Assembly: GCF_023055435.1 (NCBI RefSeq)
Contig: NW_025963890.1
Coordinates: 34,534,001 to 34,598,000 of the forward strand
Direction of reading: 5' to 3'
DNA length: 64,000 bases
Origin: Haliotis rufescens
Lineage: Eukaryota
The position numbers and the translations under genes are program-made. How positions within the stretch are numbered: position 1 is the stretch's first letter; every line of letters starts with the position of its first letter. A model generated the notes under the pieces. It was not told where the DNA came from and searched no databases. It worked only from the letters and a program-made list of their open reading frames with translations. This document shows, piece after piece, positions 62,391 to 64,000 of the stretch.

Positions 62391-64000
62391 TACTATATTA
62401 CATTTATTGTAAAAAGGAAGTATTTAGGTGATATTCACGAATTCAATAAGTGACACAGATACATTTGTGTAATTCAATATAACAGTAGTTTCCAGTATGA
62501 CCAAGTTGGTTTCTTGTGATGTAGATATAGAAAATTTATCCCTCGTGATCAGAAATTTAACTGCATTGTTTCTTAACTGAGGAATTGAGGTATTCATCTG
62601 AAATATATTTTTAAATGTTCATTTGATGTGTTTTTTTCTCATGTGTATGAACTGCCATGTAGAACATATTCATCCAGTACAAGTTAACGTAACAGTTACC
62701 AAAGCTAATGTTGCTGGCATGTTAACACTGTTATAGTACAGGATAATAAATTTAGTTGATGCACTGTTTCGTATCAAGGCATCAGCAAAATTTAACACGA
62801 ACCTTTACTTATTGCAAATCAGTTTCACCTGTAATGTATCGTTGTTCCTACTGGTGGGTATTGCCACCCTGTTATGCATTACGTATTACGGCGTGTCGGC
62901 TCTCATAAATATATTCTTAGCGGAAACAAATCTTTTGATATCAGTTTCAATTTGTTCCTTCATTTTCGCAAGTCCTAAAACAGCATTTGCTTCGAGATCC
63001 GAGTGAAATCTGAATAATCAATCTCAGCTCCAGTCAGGTTAAAAATATCCACATGATCATTTAAGAGACATGACTTGAATGTAACATTAGAGCAATACGC
63101 TCTTCAGTAAATTATATCTTACTCCGGACATATATGCATTCACGTATGCCACAGTATTATTCAAAACCGATATAGACATTTTTATGTAATAGCCGTCCTT
63201 TAGCCACTGGTTAATCAAGTGACAATATCTTATTATTTCAGAGGACCCGAGCGCGTATGTTACCTAAGAATTTAATCCACACTGACAGAGCCTGAAGGAC
63301 ATTCTAATATGTTTTTTAATTTGCAATTATGGATGCAAATATGCAGATTTTAAATACGAGTCAACTCACGGTCTACTAGAAATGAAGATGTGATATGGAA
63401 ATGTATAGCTCATCACACATGTCATGTCATGCATCCGAATACACGTTAGTCAGGCCTGGAGTCTTGATATGACTTGGATGAGTCATGGCTCAATATTTAT
63501 GACGTATCCCGCTTGCAATTACCCACCGTCAAGTAACACCAATATATAGGATCACCCCAGGTTCACAACAAACGTCGCCTTGAGTGACAAGTGAGGATAT
63601 GTTCAAAGCTCCAATAAGTCCAAGGGAGGTTACTCATTTTAGTATCCTTCTATACTTGTATATGAGATATGTGTGTATTGTGAGTACACGTTTTATTTGG
63701 ACGATGTGTCACTTTGTTCTTGACGTAGATTTATTCGCTGAACTTAAAGCACAAGCGTGTAATTCAACACCAATTCAAGGATGAAACACAAAAGGGCATC
63801 CCAAGAAACCTCCTCCAAACGTATGTCAGTGGCAGTAATCGTGTCAGAGCGTAGGATCGCGGTTCAATACATGTGCATCCAACAGCGCGGTACATATATC
63901 ATATGTTTGTAGATAATATCTGAAGAACCGTGATGTGATGAGTGAAAAGACAACCGAGAGTTATTTAATGGCCATAACGGACATGTAGAAGCGCTTTCCG

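Overview
Eukaryotic, AT-rich, intron-containing genomic DNA with three assembly gaps. It is most likely molluscan: the SINE families resemble those I recall from abalone (Haliotis), which is recollection and not a search result. The window holds a tandem cluster of nine paralogous cysteine-rich multiple-EGF-like (MEGF10/SCARF-like) surface-protein loci, six on + and three on -. Manual splicing at GT-AG sites gives intact frames for seven loci (G1-G7); G8 and G9 are pseudogenes. In the six intact EGF-bearing genes the ectodomain is one large phase 1-1 exon, joined to one of three kinds of C-terminus: TM plus long Tyr-motif tail (G1, G5), TM plus short Tyr-free tail (G6), or a short hydrophobic GPI-signal-like end (G3, G4, G7). 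G2 has a destroyed EGF exon but intact signal, TM and ITAM-like tail exons that still splice in frame, so it may be an ectodomain-less signalling adaptor. G3 and G4 share a 250-bp identical tract in otherwise divergent genes (likely gene conversion). An old tandem duplication produced the chimeric pseudogene G8. The rest is SINEs of at least four families, fragments of LINE, Penelope-like, MULE and Ginger-like elements, a MITE, and mini/microsatellites. Gene models are hand-derived with no transcript evidence.
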